Shown here in pieces: positions 11,610 to 24,969 of a DNA stretch of 64,000 nt. This DNA is from Octopus sinensis (taxonomy: Eukaryota), in the NCBI RefSeq assembly GCF_006345805.1, contig NC_043011.1:51596464-51660463 (forward strand), read 5' to 3'. Position numbers and translations under genes: made by a program. Under the pieces are notes generated by a model. It was not told the DNA's origin, did not search any database, and worked only from the letters and a program-made list of their open reading frames with translations. How positions within the stretch are numbered: position 1 is the stretch's first letter; each line of letters starts with the position of its first letter.

Positions 11610-13082
11610 AACAGTGCACTATATCTATCATAGATTAATGTTCATCTAGCCTGGGTCACCTAATCTCTCCACAACAAACCATAGTAAAATTCAAAGATTA
11701 TGAAGAAGATCCGAGATATGGAGTTGAGGCAGAGACTGCTAGTACCATCCAGTACCAGTATTTTGTCTTTTCTTTATTGCTACAGGGCTTTTCTTCTTAC
11801 CTGCATTTAGTAGTTTTAAAGTGAGCGTCATCAATCCACGCAATTTGATCACACTCTATAGACTTGAAGATCTGGCCACACAGGCTCCAGTAGTCTAAGA
11901 CAGCTGAGGTGACTAGCAAGCTTTAGATTTTACATTGGAGCAGTCATCTACCAGATGAATTGCCTTACAGGGCTGGAGAGCTCCACTTACCCTAGAGTTT
12001 CTGGAAGGGTGTCAAAGAAGATATTGGAATGCCCGAGGGCTCCCACTCCTTGATTTGCTATCAAGCTTGAATTCTGTAACATTTTTGTCTCACAAGGCAG
12101 TGAGTGATTTTGCTTGGACTTTCTTCTATAACATGCTAATTAACCCATAGCTAGGACCTTAACAGGTGCTACTATTTTGTATCAGAATAAATGTGGGAAC
12201 AACAGTGGCTAAGAGGTGGCCCCACATACCATAAAACCCTGTAACTCCTGAGCCAGGGCTCCACTACACCTCTACTGGATGCGGTTTAAAGTTATACTCA
12301 GGATGATGCTCAAAAAATACACTTCACATAATCATAGCCCACTGTCAACTCAACAAAACTCAAATACTCAAAATGAAAAAACCATCTGTACATATGAAGA
12401 ATACAGTTTTTTACTGCAATAAGTTCCAACCCACCCACACAGCCCTCTGTTACTGCATGTTCAATCACTCAGACATTCTGGCATGTTTACCACAGAACAC
12501 CATTTTAAAACCATTATCCCCCACACTCAGTCAAAAAAAACCTCACCCCCACCACCCCAAAAAAACAATACAACAGGGCTGAAATGTCTTTGATCATAAA
12601 GTTATTCAAGCAGGGCTTAACTGGGGCTAAACAACAACTTCATTAGTCTCAAGCCAATGAAGAGCCTTTTTATGATCTCATGAACTATTAAAAATAACAT
12701 CTAAATCTATCTCAGATCAAAATCTGACATGGAAACCCCCCCCCCCCCAAAAAAAAATGATTTAAAAAAAAAAAGAGGCCATATTGGTTAATGCAAAGCA
12801 GGGAACACTTTGCATATAAAAAATTGGGTCTGTCATGGCTGCAATGCTTTTAATCATAGATCAGGGAGCCAAAAAAGAAAAAAAAAACATCAGCAGTTTC
12901 AAACACTAATCGAGTACAGAGTATCAACTGTCATACTCCAATCATTAAATTTTCCCAGAAATGTATTCAACATGTAGAAGAGGAAGCTGACATACATAAT
13001 CTAGTGAGCAGAAAAAAAGAAAAAGAAATTTAATTAATTAAAATTATACTCACAATGAAAAGAAAAAAATCATCAGCATTAA

Positions 13083-13291
13083 CCCTTTAGTTCATAACCG
13101 GCCCAAATATTCTACCTGTTTTACATTCAAACTAGCCAAATCTGGCTTCTCACACCTACCCAAAAATATCATTCTAAAAATAAACAACTATATCAAACTA
13201 TATCTCAAAGCTGTGCAATAATGTAAGGAATAATTTAAAACAATGTTAACTAATACACAATACATTTGACAGTAATCTGAATGCTAAAGGT
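13083..13291. mobile_element. piggyBac-type MITE (TTAA-CCCTTTAG...CTAAAGG-TTAA)
   Basis: TTAA at 13079-13082 and 13292-13295 with short TIRs. Same family as 24759, 30129, 41860 and 44276. Confidence 0.75.
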
Positions 13292-13374
13292 TTAATAATT
13301 GTTCTTATCATGAAAGGCAAGGGAGACAAGTCCAAAATTCAAATCGTTGAAAAATTGAATAGGTACATATAAAA

Positions 13375-13420
13375 CATCTGTAAACATGTTTCAGTCTTAT
13401 TAGACCTCTTCAGCAAAATG
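13375..13420 (-). ncRNA. Hammerhead-like motif with canonical core (family C)
   Basis: CAUUUUG-CUGAAGA-GGUC(UAAUAA)GACU-GAAA-CAUG-UUUA-CAGAUG. Stem III ACAUGU is palindromic; stem I is imperfect. Confidence 0.5.
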
Positions 13421-13899
13421 TAATCTAATTTGTATTTACGTGAAACTGAATTGACTGAAAGAATGTGTAATTTTTCAGTGCAAAAAAAGTTCACTGATAA
13501 AACAATTTAAAATATTAATTTGGGAAAACATCTCCTTTGCCTTTGAGGAGAATTATCATTAACACTTATGATTATTTTTCTTTCCATTACAATTGTAAAT
13601 ATTAATTGATTAAACCTTTTATTTTAAATTTTGGCTCCCTAGTTAATATGCTATTGCTCTCACACCCCACAACATAAGTATTAGTCAATACTACCTGCTT
13701 CTGTTGCTAAAATCACATCAGAGTCTATAAGAAGACAGAAAAGACAGGAGAGGAAATACTATCTGCAAAGGCTATCACACTGTACTCTATATAATAAACC
13801 ATCGCAGGCCTGAGTACATGGTATGATGTTTAATTAGGTAGAGGTGTGATACATTGGAGGTGGGGTTTTTTTTTTTGTCAACCATATCTAGTTGTTTTG

Positions 13900-15100
13900 G
13901 CTGACTACTTGTGTGTTATAAGTCTGTTTAATCTAGCCAGACTGATGATATGGATTATGGTAGTGGCAATGGTGATGGTTATTATTTCTATAGATCCTTT
14001 TGCTGCTACTGTTGTTGTTATTGTTGCTGTAGCTGTTACAGGTGTTGTTGTAGCTCTTGCTGTTGTTGGTATTCTAGTCATCGTGATTGTTGTTGGCCTG
14101 TTGGCAGAATTGTATATCTGGCAATTTTTGCATTTGACAGTCTTGGCATTGCCAAAACTGAGTTTTTGGTGGTCAAACGGCAAGTTTTCTTGTGCCACCC
14201 ATCTTCTTCATTGTCAATGCCTTCCACTCTCTGTTGCTTTTTTTGGATGCTTTCACATCATCTTTGGCAGCTTCTGAATTTGAGGCAGCAGGTAGTATTG
14301 AAGTTATGTCCATACCTGCTGGCATTTCTTCCTGGTTTTATGTTTGCAAGGAACATTTCACCAACAGTTCTTTGGGTATGTCAGTTACAGAAATTGAGGT
14401 TATGCTTTTTGCTGCGGCAGCTGCTGAAGCTACAACAGCAACAAGAACAATATTTGGGATATTGGTAGCTGTGATACAGTGACATACTCAGTTCTCGTCT
14501 TTTCCATCATGGGATAAAGGAGAAGAGACAACAAATCTATTGCTTTTTCACAAACACAACATTTGTATTTCCCACACATGGCCACCAACCCCATCTAAAC
14601 ACACTCTTTAAAACAGAAATATTCAGTGAAGCCAGGCAGATCAGCACATGTGGCCATCAGAACTCTAGTGACATTTCTGTTTGGTTCTGCCGTGGATGGT
14701 TGTGAGTTCTATAACTTTCTTGTGTTCCACTACCATCGCCACTACTATTGCCTGGTCCCTATAGGTCAAGACTTTGGTGACTGATTTTGGTCACTTATTA
14801 TTCTGTATAAATGGCCTCATCAAAATTCTTGGGACATGCATGTAGTTGTGATCAATGTTTTGACTAGCTGCTTGCTGATGCAGATGTCCACAAATGTCTT
14901 TGGTCTTATGCTATTTTCCTCTTGTTACACACTGCATGACAGACCATACCACTTCCAGGCTCTTTTTGATTTATTCCATTATCACATAATGCAACTTCCA
15001 GTCTCTACAATCAGTGCATCAAGAAAGCAACATCCTTTTTTTTTTGGTGCTGCTTATTTCTTCAGTTAGAAGTATCATCCTGCCAAGACATATGATGTTT
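13900..15100 (-). pseudogene. Heavily decayed gag-like ORF1 remnant (tentative) with Thr/Ala-rich tail
   Basis: Broken frames give VLMATCADLPGFTEYFCFKECV*MGLVAMCGKYKCCVCEK and IYTE**VTKIS, loosely paralleling the 16.7-17.6 kb ORF1. Many stops. Confidence 0.3.
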
Positions 15101-16744
15101 AACTGCATTTTTTCATTTTTCTTGGTTTCAAGCAAATAGGACATCCAGTGTCTGGTTGCATGAGCGAATGATGATTTTTATTTTGTGATCTCTGTTGATA
15201 TTGTTGTTGCTACAAATGTCTGAGTAATTTTTTTCATTTGCATGTTGATGGTGTGATGTCAATGAAGCAGCTGTGACATTAATCATTTTGGTTGTTGTGG
15301 GAGTAGCAATTTTAGCTGTTATCACGATGTTGTTGCCCTATGAAACTACAGTGGTGTCATTATCACTCTCCTTCTCCTGCCTCTTTCTATTCTTGCATCC
15401 CATTCCAGTGAGAACATTAAGAGGTCATTATTGGAATCCATGTTCGTTTATTGAATGAAATTATGGATTTATTAAAACAACAAAGGTTTGACAATGATAT
15501 GACTTTGCGGAGGGGTTAATATAAAAGGAAAAAGAACCACACCCCTACATTGCAGGCCAATTTCATGTCAAGGCTGCCAACAACATTTAATGCACATCGT
15601 TCCCAATAAGGGCAAAAATGACCCCAAAATGGCCAAACTAACAGACATAAAATTCCATAGTGATCAGAGTGAATGCAGCAATAATGATGATGAGGATAAC
15701 GATGATGATGATAATGACGATGATGATGGTGATGATAAGCAAGAAGAGGAGGATGTCTATTTCCAACAGATGATAATATATCTCATGAAGAAATTACTGA
15801 AATGTAAAGATCTGGAAACAGAGATAACCAGAATGCGTGGATAGAAAAAGAAACAATCCCTTTGATAAAAGGTTGTTTGGGAATTATTAAAAAAACAAGC
15901 AGGCAAATATATAACTAATCCTCACCCCACAAAACTTATACATATGCATATTCTTTATGTAGAACACTAAGTACAAAACCAAAACAAAACGCAGCACAGA
16001 TGTGAAGCCCACAGAGCTGCACTCAATAGTGCAATGAAAGCACACAATAAAAATAAAATAAGAATTACCTGTCTTAGAAAATGACACAGTGAATTGTAAT
16101 TACGAAACTTTAGCAGAGAGAGAGAGGGGGGGTAGAAAAGAGAGAGAACATTTGACAACACACAATAAACTTGACAAGATTTCCTATGACAAAAGTGACA
16201 ATAGTGTACTTAATTATTGACATAACAATATCACATGATTATAATGGTGTATAGAAGTGAGCTGAAAAGCTAAGGAATTACACTGACTTAGCTAAGGAAT
16301 TACATTGATCTAGCTGAAGTAGCAACATTATGGCTTTTAAGGAATGTCTCCATCAGTCCCTTTGTAATTAGTACAATTGGCATGGCTTTGTGATTAAGAA
16401 GTTTGACTCCAAATCACGTGATTTTTGGTTCAGTTGCTTCTTCTACTATAGCTCCAGGCTGAACAATGCCTAGTGTAGATGGAAACTGAAAGAAGCCCAT
16501 TCTGTGTGTTTGTGTGTGTGGGATATTATCTTGTTTGGAAACAGATGAAAGTTGGCAACAGGAAAGGTATCTGGCTATAGAAAATCTTTCTCAATAAATT
16601 TTGGCTGAGCAATGCAAGTATGGAAAAATGGGTGTCAAAATTATGATGATGATAATAATTATGATAACAACATTGATGAGCAGGACAGCAATAATAATAG
16701 TGATAATGATGAGGACAATGATAATGATGATGAGGAGGATAACA

Positions 16745-17630
16745 ATGATGATGATATGCAACCATTTGTGTAAATTACCAAGTCTTTTCAGTTCTTTAGG
16801 GCAATCAGTTCTAAGGTGATTCTTACTATGACAAATGTAACAACTAGACTTTTTGCTCTGTATCACTAATCCTAAGCCCTTTGTCCTTTCCCATCCTTCT
16901 GGACACAATTCCAGTATGGCTTCATGACATCTGGAGGGGTCATTAGGACTTGCAAATCCATTTTGACAACCTATGACCACATATTACCTTTTGTTAGCCC
17001 TACTTTAACTATTTGTCCATACTGTGATACAAAAGTGATGACTGGACATACGTCTACATAATTTCCTATGTCTCGTATCAGCACTTTTGTATTTCTTTCA
17101 CCTATGTACTAGGGTACAAGTGCACAGATAGAAGTATGTCTACCACTTTCAGCTTGTGTTTTATCTAAGCTTTCAGTTTTGAAGATACAATAGGGTACTA
17201 TTCATCATCATCATCATCATCATCGTTTAGCGTCCGCTTTCCATGCTAGCATGGGTTGGACGGTTCAACTGGGGTCTGGAAAGCCAGAAGGCTGCACCAG
17301 GCCCAGTTTGATCTGGCAATGTTTCGACGGCTGGATGCCCTTACTAATGCCAACCACTCCATGAGTGTAGTGGGTGCTTTTTACGTGCCACCAGCACAGG
17401 TGCCAGACGAGTCTGGCAATCGGCCACGATCGGATGGTGCTTCTTTTTTTCTTTTGAGGTGATTTCTCCTGAGATGAGCCGAAGTAACTGGTTGTACTTC
17501 TTGTCAAGTGAGCAGACTTAGTCCATTTCTGTCTTTTGGAAACAGAGGTGTATGATTTTTCTCTTTGCTTTCTCTCTCCTGGATTAACTCCTACCGCAAA
17601 GAAATGTTGCTTTGTCTTACAAAATTCTCC
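16745..17630 (-). pseudogene. Decayed non-LTR retrotransposon ORF1 (RRM-like region + CCHC knuckle, L1/Tx1-type), interrupted by an RTE tail
   Basis: Intact CX2CX4HX4C (CYICHSKNHLRTDC, 16801-16842). Upstream frame GERNTKVLIRDIGNYVDVCPVITFVSQYGQIVKV has a stop and frameshift. RTE tail inserted at about 17205-17440. Confidence 0.65.
17205..17440 (-). mobile_element. RTE-type 3' terminal fragment
   Basis: (TCA)n + CGTTTAGCGTCCGCTTTCCATGCTAGCATGG. Near-identical starts at about 27118 and 36885. Confidence 0.75.
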
Positions 17631-18297
17631 CAACTACAATATAATAGTGTTTCATACCATGTAAGGGTTGGCACTACTGTTGTTGTTTAGTTGTGACTGT
17701 TGCTATCTTTGAAACTATTTGTTTGACTCTTTGGAATATTTAATTTTTTTTCTATTAATTGCTCACTAAACTGTTTATTTTCTCCCCCTTTACATACATT
17801 CAATTGTGGGTTTTGATTTGATGTTGATTTTTTTTTTCATTTGCTATTGTAATATTTTGTTGTGTATGTTTCATACCCATTTCAGATGTGAAAATGTAAC
17901 TTGTGAAAATAAATAAATTTCAGAAGTTTGTAAAACAAATCTTTTCTTTGTTGTCTACTGCTGGTAATTAATTATAGTTTTTTTTTTTTCCAAGTACTCA
18001 AAAGAAAATTTCATTTGGTGATGCCTGAATAAGTCATACCTCAAAGAGGGAAAAAAAATTCACATAACAAATGCCAAATATGGTAGTAACAACAACAATA
18101 ATAATGGTTTCTGATTTAGACACAAAGCCAGCAATTTTGTAATGAAGGGTCAGTCAGTACCATTGACCTCAGTATTTGACTGGTACCTCATTTTTATTGA
18201 CACTTGAAAGGATGGAAAGTAAAGTTGGCCTCAGTGGATTTGAACTCAGGACATAAAGGGCCAGAAGACATATTACAAGGTATTTCCCCCAATGCTC

Positions 18298-18347
<50 letters not shown>

Positions 18348-19086
18348 TCTTTCTACTGGAAGTACAAGACCTCAAATTTGGGAGAAGGGATTAAGTTGAT
18401 AACATCAACCCCAGTGCAAAATTGGTACTTATTTTATCAATCCCAAAAAGATGAAAGGCAAAGCCAACCTCCGTGGAACTTGAACTCAGAACATAAAGAT
18501 AGATGAAATACCACTAAGTATTTTGACCAGCATGTTAATGATTCCACCAGCTTGCTGCCTTAATAATGATAATAATAATAATAACAACAACAACAACAGT
18601 AACAACAACAACAATAATGGGTTTTTTTTAGTAAGCCCACAACAAATGAGATTTGGGGGAAATTTGGGTACTATTTCTAACAGGTTGAGTAACCACATTA
18701 AGACTCATGCTAAGTCCTGTCCAGATACAATGAGGCAGCCTCTATGTGGTTGCTTGGCATGTTGGAAATAGCACCAAAATCTGTTAAGTTATATTACTGT
18801 CTTTAAAAGAAAAGATGAATATACTAGCTGTGGTGGTTCATGACAAAGACAAACCAACAACCTATGTCTCAAAGGATTAGATAGTTAAAGGTAGCAGACT
18901 TTTGGTCATAAATCTAGATCTGCATGATAAGGTCTGACTTGGAGTTAAACAACAATTTTACCCCTAAGCGTTTTCAACAAGTGATAGTAAGGAAATAAAT
19001 CATAGTTCCTTCTCTCACTCTCAGACCAGACTTTTTTCTTTTCCCTCTTTTTTGTTTTGTCACAATTTATACTTCCCTACAACAGT

Positions 19087-19122
<36 letters not shown>

Positions 19123-20038
19123 GTGATGACTGTTTCTGGCTTCATTTTCAGAGTAACTGATCATGTGATCACAACCAACATATCAACATACTTTATCTGT
19201 AGAGCTTCAACATGGCAGCCAAACATGCAACATGTCTAGCACCAAATTCAATAATGCCCATTGAAAATTAATATTTCCTTAAAAGACAAAAAAAAAAAAG
19301 AAAGAAAAAAATGCAGTTTTACACAAATGGTTGGTGAATGGTGAGTTTTTTTTTTTTCTATGCTTCATCTTGTTTCCATTTTGTTGTTCTTGTTAAAAGA
19401 CATAATCAAAAGAAATTGAGTAGATTCCATGAAAAACTCAATAGAAATATTTAATTAAACATATTCATAAAGACCTGAATAGAAATAATGGTGAATAGCT
19501 GAAATAGAAGAAGGGGTGTATGTACATGAGGGTGTTGTGGAACACTGACCTAGGTGTAGAGTTGGGGTAGGAGTCACTTTGGGTAATGGTGCTGACATAA
19601 AAGACTGTTACAGAAATATCTGAGGTGGAAATATTCCAGCAATATTTTATGGTGATTTCTTTGAGTGTTGACTACAAGGTAAATTTATATATATATATAT
19701 ACACACATATATATACATATATATATTGTCATCATCATAATCATTTTAATATCTGCTTCCCCATGCTTGCATGGGTTGGATGAAATTTGTTGAGGCAAAT
19801 TCTCTATGAATGTATATCCAAGTAAGCTATTTACCCATGATCAGATATGTTTCCACAGAAGATTGGAAATGAAGGACACTGCTTGCATGACAGTGACACT
19901 CATTTACATCTATCTCGTGATGTCAAGATAAGGAGACAGTAACACACATATACACATAGATACACAAAACATACATAAATACATACAGATAGATAGAAAG
20001 AGAGGTAGGTAGATAGATAGATGAATGGATAGATAGAC

Positions 20039-20135
<97 letters not shown>

Positions 20136-21444
20136 CGGATGGATAAATAGATTAACCCCAAGAGGAGCCTCCTCCAGTTGGTTATCAATGCAATCTGCAC
20201 CCAATATATCTTGCAAACAGGGCGTGAAACCCTACCATCTAACAGATGATGGGATCACCACACCATACGGTTTTGGGCTATTTGTGCCCATCATCCGTGG
20301 TGAACACCCGTCTGCTGTATATATATATATATATATAAAACAGGTTTCTTTCAGTTTCCATCAACCAAAGCCACTTATGAAGCTTGGTTGGCCTGGAGGT
20401 ATAGTAGGAGACACTTGCCCAATGTGCCACACAGTGGGATGGAACCCAGGTCAATGTGGTTGGGATGCAAACTTCCTACAACCGTCACATTTGTGCCAAT
20501 ACAAACACACACACACCTCGTATATCAAAAATTTTTATAATACAAGACGATGGAATGAATAGCCTTTAATCCAAACCATAATTGTTTCTGTACATTAGCA
20601 ACAGCCGTTAGTTGCTGAATGTTTCACATATTAAACATATTACATAAATATTATATAAAAATGATCCAGAAATAGCTTCAAAAATAAACCAATAAAGGCA
20701 TGTTAAATAATGTAAGCCTTGATAAAACTCTGAAAAAAGATGGGATGGTCACAGATGGAAAATCTTCAATTGTAGATCAACTGGAGTTAACAAATCAACA
20801 AGTGAACCTCTACATGGACATTCAACCAGTTAGAAACAGCAGTTAAATCTCAAAAGATCATATCCTGTTGTTTCCCAAAAGGAGAGAGAAAATGAGGAAA
20901 TAAAGAGAGACATTGCATGAAGTAGTCCTAGATACACTATGTCTGAACAGAGAAAAAAAAAAGGGATGGTCACAGCTGGTAAGTATTTGATTGAAGGTGT
21001 GCTCAATCAAAGCTGAGCTGGAGCAAACAACAACAACAATAACAACAAGTCTTCTCCACTGGACAGTCAATACTTAGTGTAGTTAATGAAAATCTACTGA
21101 AGCTGGTTGAAATCAGTTTTCAACTTGTGTATGTGTTCAGTGAAAAGAGACCTTCAATCAATAAATTTGCCATAGCAGTGAGAATGGTTGGGGGTAGGAG
21201 GACTATGTGTGTTTCTATGTCAATATATGCTGTGCATGTGTGCGTGTTTACGAGTGTGTGAGTGTGAGGCGTAAGCTGCAAATGGTGTTTCTTTTTTGTG
21301 TAAAGGTGTGAAGGGAATAAATATAAGACTTAATTCATGAGAGTGTTATTCTCTTGTTCCTTCTTTTGCCATTCTCTCTCTTTCTCTCTTCCTATGATAT
21401 ACATACACACACACATACATACATCCATCCATACATACATACAT

Positions 21445-21526
21445 ATATATATAAAATATATACATATATATAAAATAATATATATATATATATAATATAT
21501 AAAATATATATATATATATATATAAA

Positions 21527-21589
<63 letters not shown>

Positions 21590-21718
21590 TATATATATAT
21601 ATAAAATATTATATATATATATATATAAAATTATATATATATATATATATATATTATATAAAATATATATATTTATATAAAATATATATATAAAATAATA
21701 TATATATATATATATAAA

Positions 21719-21750
<32 letters not shown>

Positions 21751-21781
21751 ATATATATATATATTATATATATAAAATAAT

Positions 21782-21813
<32 letters not shown>

Positions 21814-21899
21814 TATATATAAAATATATATATATATATATTATATATATAAAATATATATATATATATATAAAATATATATATATATATATATATAAA

Positions 21900-21930
<31 letters not shown>

Positions 21931-22090
21931 TAAAATATATATATTTATATAAAATATATATATAAATATATATATATAGATATATATATATATATAAAAT
22001 ATTATATATATATAATATATATATAAAATATATATATATATACATATATAAAATATAATATATATATATATATAAAATATATATAATATA

Positions 22091-22142
<52 letters not shown>
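21445..22142. repeat. ~700-bp nearly pure AT tract, (TA)n interrupted by AAAA
   Basis: Directly visible; only a few C/G. Confidence 0.9.
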
Positions 22143-22152
<10 letters not shown>

Positions 22153-22469
22153 ACATGTGTGTTCATGTATTCACTCACAAAAAGGCTCATGTTTATGTGT
22201 GTGTGTGTATACACATAATAATTTGATAAAATACATTTACGCATAAATCTACACATGTGCATATATAAAATGCAAAGTATAAATACACAGTTTCCTATTA
22301 CTACACATTAACATATACTGAAGAAATAGCATATGCAACATGTGCATGCATACGCATACATCCATAAACACATATGTATACATGCATAAACAGTAACATG
22401 AAGAAAGTATGTAAACACTCTGTATTCAATACACCAATAAAAGTCACCATGAAAAATAGATCAACATGG

Positions 22470-22501
<32 letters not shown>

Positions 22502-22942
22502 ATATGTATCAGCAGCATGCATTATCTCAAGTAAACACATACATACATACAAATAAGATATACATACATCTAATATTTTCAGATCTGGACCAGTTAAGGA
22601 AATGTGTGAAATGGCCTTGAAAACATTTTATTATACACAGCAGCAGAAAATAGCAGTTCTTGGACTAGGTTGGGGGAAAACTACAGAAATATAGAGGAAA
22701 TACACACATGCACAAACCATACACACATATGGGTGTATAGGTGTAAATATATATGATACAGACATAACTGTGATAAAAAAGCTTGCTTTCCAAGCATATA
22801 GTCTCAGGTTCAGTCCAATCACACAGCACCTTGGGAAAGTGTCTTCTACTAAAGTCCTAAGTCAGCTAAAATCTTGAGACAGAAACTGAAAGAAGCCTGT
22901 AATATATATGTATATATATGCACGTATGTGTGTGTGCGTGTG

Positions 22943-22978
<36 letters not shown>

Positions 22979-23185
22979 CATTATGCAGTGGTTGTAAAGT
23001 GTTGTTGTTTGTTTCCAGTCTTCCATGAAAAGCATGTCTGATCATGGGGAAATATTACTTTGCTTGGAAATGGGTGATGGTTGGCAACAAAAAGGACATT
23101 CAGCCGTAGAAAATCTGTCTCAACAAATTCCATCTGACCCATGTAAGCATGGGAAAAGTGGACATTAAACGATGATGATGACGAC

Positions 23186-23238
<53 letters not shown>

Positions 23239-23297
23239 CAACGACGACGACGACGATGATGATATACATTTGAGTTAGTTAAAATATGTTTGTGACT

Positions 23298-23570
23298 AAT
23301 TTACTGCAGTTACCATGGAGAAAGAATTCTTTCTTGTGGTAAAAGATATAAAAACAACATTTCCTGCATACGCTTCTCCCTACTGCATTCCCAGAAGGCC
23401 ATTTCTGGCTTCCTCAATGGGAAACATTGAAGAGAGATAACCCTGGGCAGACATCTCTCTTTGGTATTTCCCACTGAGAAAGGCTAAAGATCCAGAAACA
23501 GCCCTCTGGGAATCTGGTTGGGGGAAGCACTGGGCAAAGAATTTCTTTTCCACAGTAACTGCAGTAAATT
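23298..23570. mobile_element. 273-bp foldback/MITE-like imperfect palindrome
   Basis: Ends AATTTACTGCAGTTAC / GTAACTGCAGTAAATT. Inner arms also pair (TTCCCAGAAGG/CCTCTGGGAA, GAGAGAT/ATCTCTC). Confidence 0.7.
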
Positions 23571-24253
23571 TGCCTTTACAAATTAAAAAGCATCACAAAC
23601 ATATTTTAACTACCCTAAAGTTCATTCATTTCCAGTCGCTGCTTGGTGCTGGTGCTGTCATATATATTTTGGCACACACTCACAATCTGGAGCAAGCGTC
23701 ACATTATGTCCTTGAGCAAGATACTTCATTTCACATTACTTCAACTGTTATCTACTCAGCTGAAATGAGTACCAGCTAAATGCTGGTGCAGCCCTCTCTT
23801 CTTTCAGTTGTTACATACATAATGGATGTTTGCTGGGTCAAAGACAGAACTTTTTCATTTACTCTGAATTATAGTCATGCAATATCTCTTCATAACAAAT
23901 GCCACTTACAGTAGAGCCTCTGTCCTGATAATGATCTAGTACTGATCCTTGCTAATACTCACCAACAAACTGTCAACATCACTTGTCCTGCTATTGGTTG
24001 AGCTTTGAAGTTTTCCTAACAGGCAACTAAATATTTCCACTCCATATTCTGGAATGCTTATTCTCTGGCTCTAAGTGATGCAACTATTTTACTACCAATG
24101 GTGAGTTTTTTTTTGTTTTGTTTTTTTTTATTCATTTTGCAAGAAGGTGTCACCTTTACTATTAAACATGCCAAGTAGAAAGTCAGCAGATATCAAACTA
24201 TTTTATTCAATTCTACAAACTTCTTTGGGATTCATTTGCAATAAATATGTTAA

Positions 24254-24475
24254 CTCTTTGTTACCATATTTCTGTTGAGATGCACTGTGTTTCTTTCAAT
24301 TACTTTAAATATAACAAAAAGAATTTTGTAAAATAACTCAGTTATCATTAAGCTAGTGTTAGGAACATAAATTGTAACTAAGGTTTGGTGGAAGATTTGA
24401 ATTCAAAACTTATGAAAACAAGACATTTGTACTACAGAGCCAGAGCCAGTTTCAGCCGGGTTGGTAACGAAAGGG
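24254..24475. mobile_element. Second piggyBac-type MITE family (TTAA-CTCTTTGTTACC...GGTAACGAAAGGG-TTAA)
   Basis: TIRs and TTAA flanks, plus a 92-bp direct repeat on either side. Confidence 0.75.
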
Positions 24476-24758
24476 TTAAACATGCCAAGCAGAAAGTCAG
24501 CAGATATCAAACTATTTTGTTCAATTCTACAAACTTCTTTGGGTCTTGTTTGCATTAAATATGTTAAACCCATTTGTCATGGATAATTTCATGACTAATC
24601 TGCATGTTATTTATCACTTTATCAAAGCCAATTTTCTGTTCAGTAGAACTATGTCACACACTGACACAATGTCATATCATCAGCACAAGACATGTTTGGA
24701 CATCTGACTCCTTGTGTGACACTTCTGTGACCATTTAAAAAAATGTCAATCTATTTAA

Positions 24759-24969
24759 CCCTTCAGTATTCAGATTACCCTATCAAATGTAATGCTTACA
24801 TATACACATTGTTTTGAATTAACCATGCATTGTCTAGGATTTTGATGATGTGATTGCTTATTTCAAAAATGATATTGCAGGGTAGGTGTGAGAGGTTGTA
24901 TATGGCCAGTGTTAACATAAAACAGGTAGAATATTTGAGCAGGATAGGGCCAGTTTGAATGCTAAAAGG
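24759..24969. mobile_element. piggyBac-type MITE copy
   Basis: TTAACCCTTCAGTATTCAGATT ... ATGCTAAAGGG. Confidence 0.7.

Noticed and set aside
15590-15844. Acidic 84-aa ORF (DDEDNDDD...)
   Set aside because: The acidity comes from a (GAT)n repeat; no domain recognised and no splice support.
16591-16980. 129-aa ORF with a zinc knuckle as a host gene exon
   Set aside because: The homologous upstream part is in another frame with stops, and the ORF runs into a trinucleotide repeat; better explained as a decayed retroelement ORF1.
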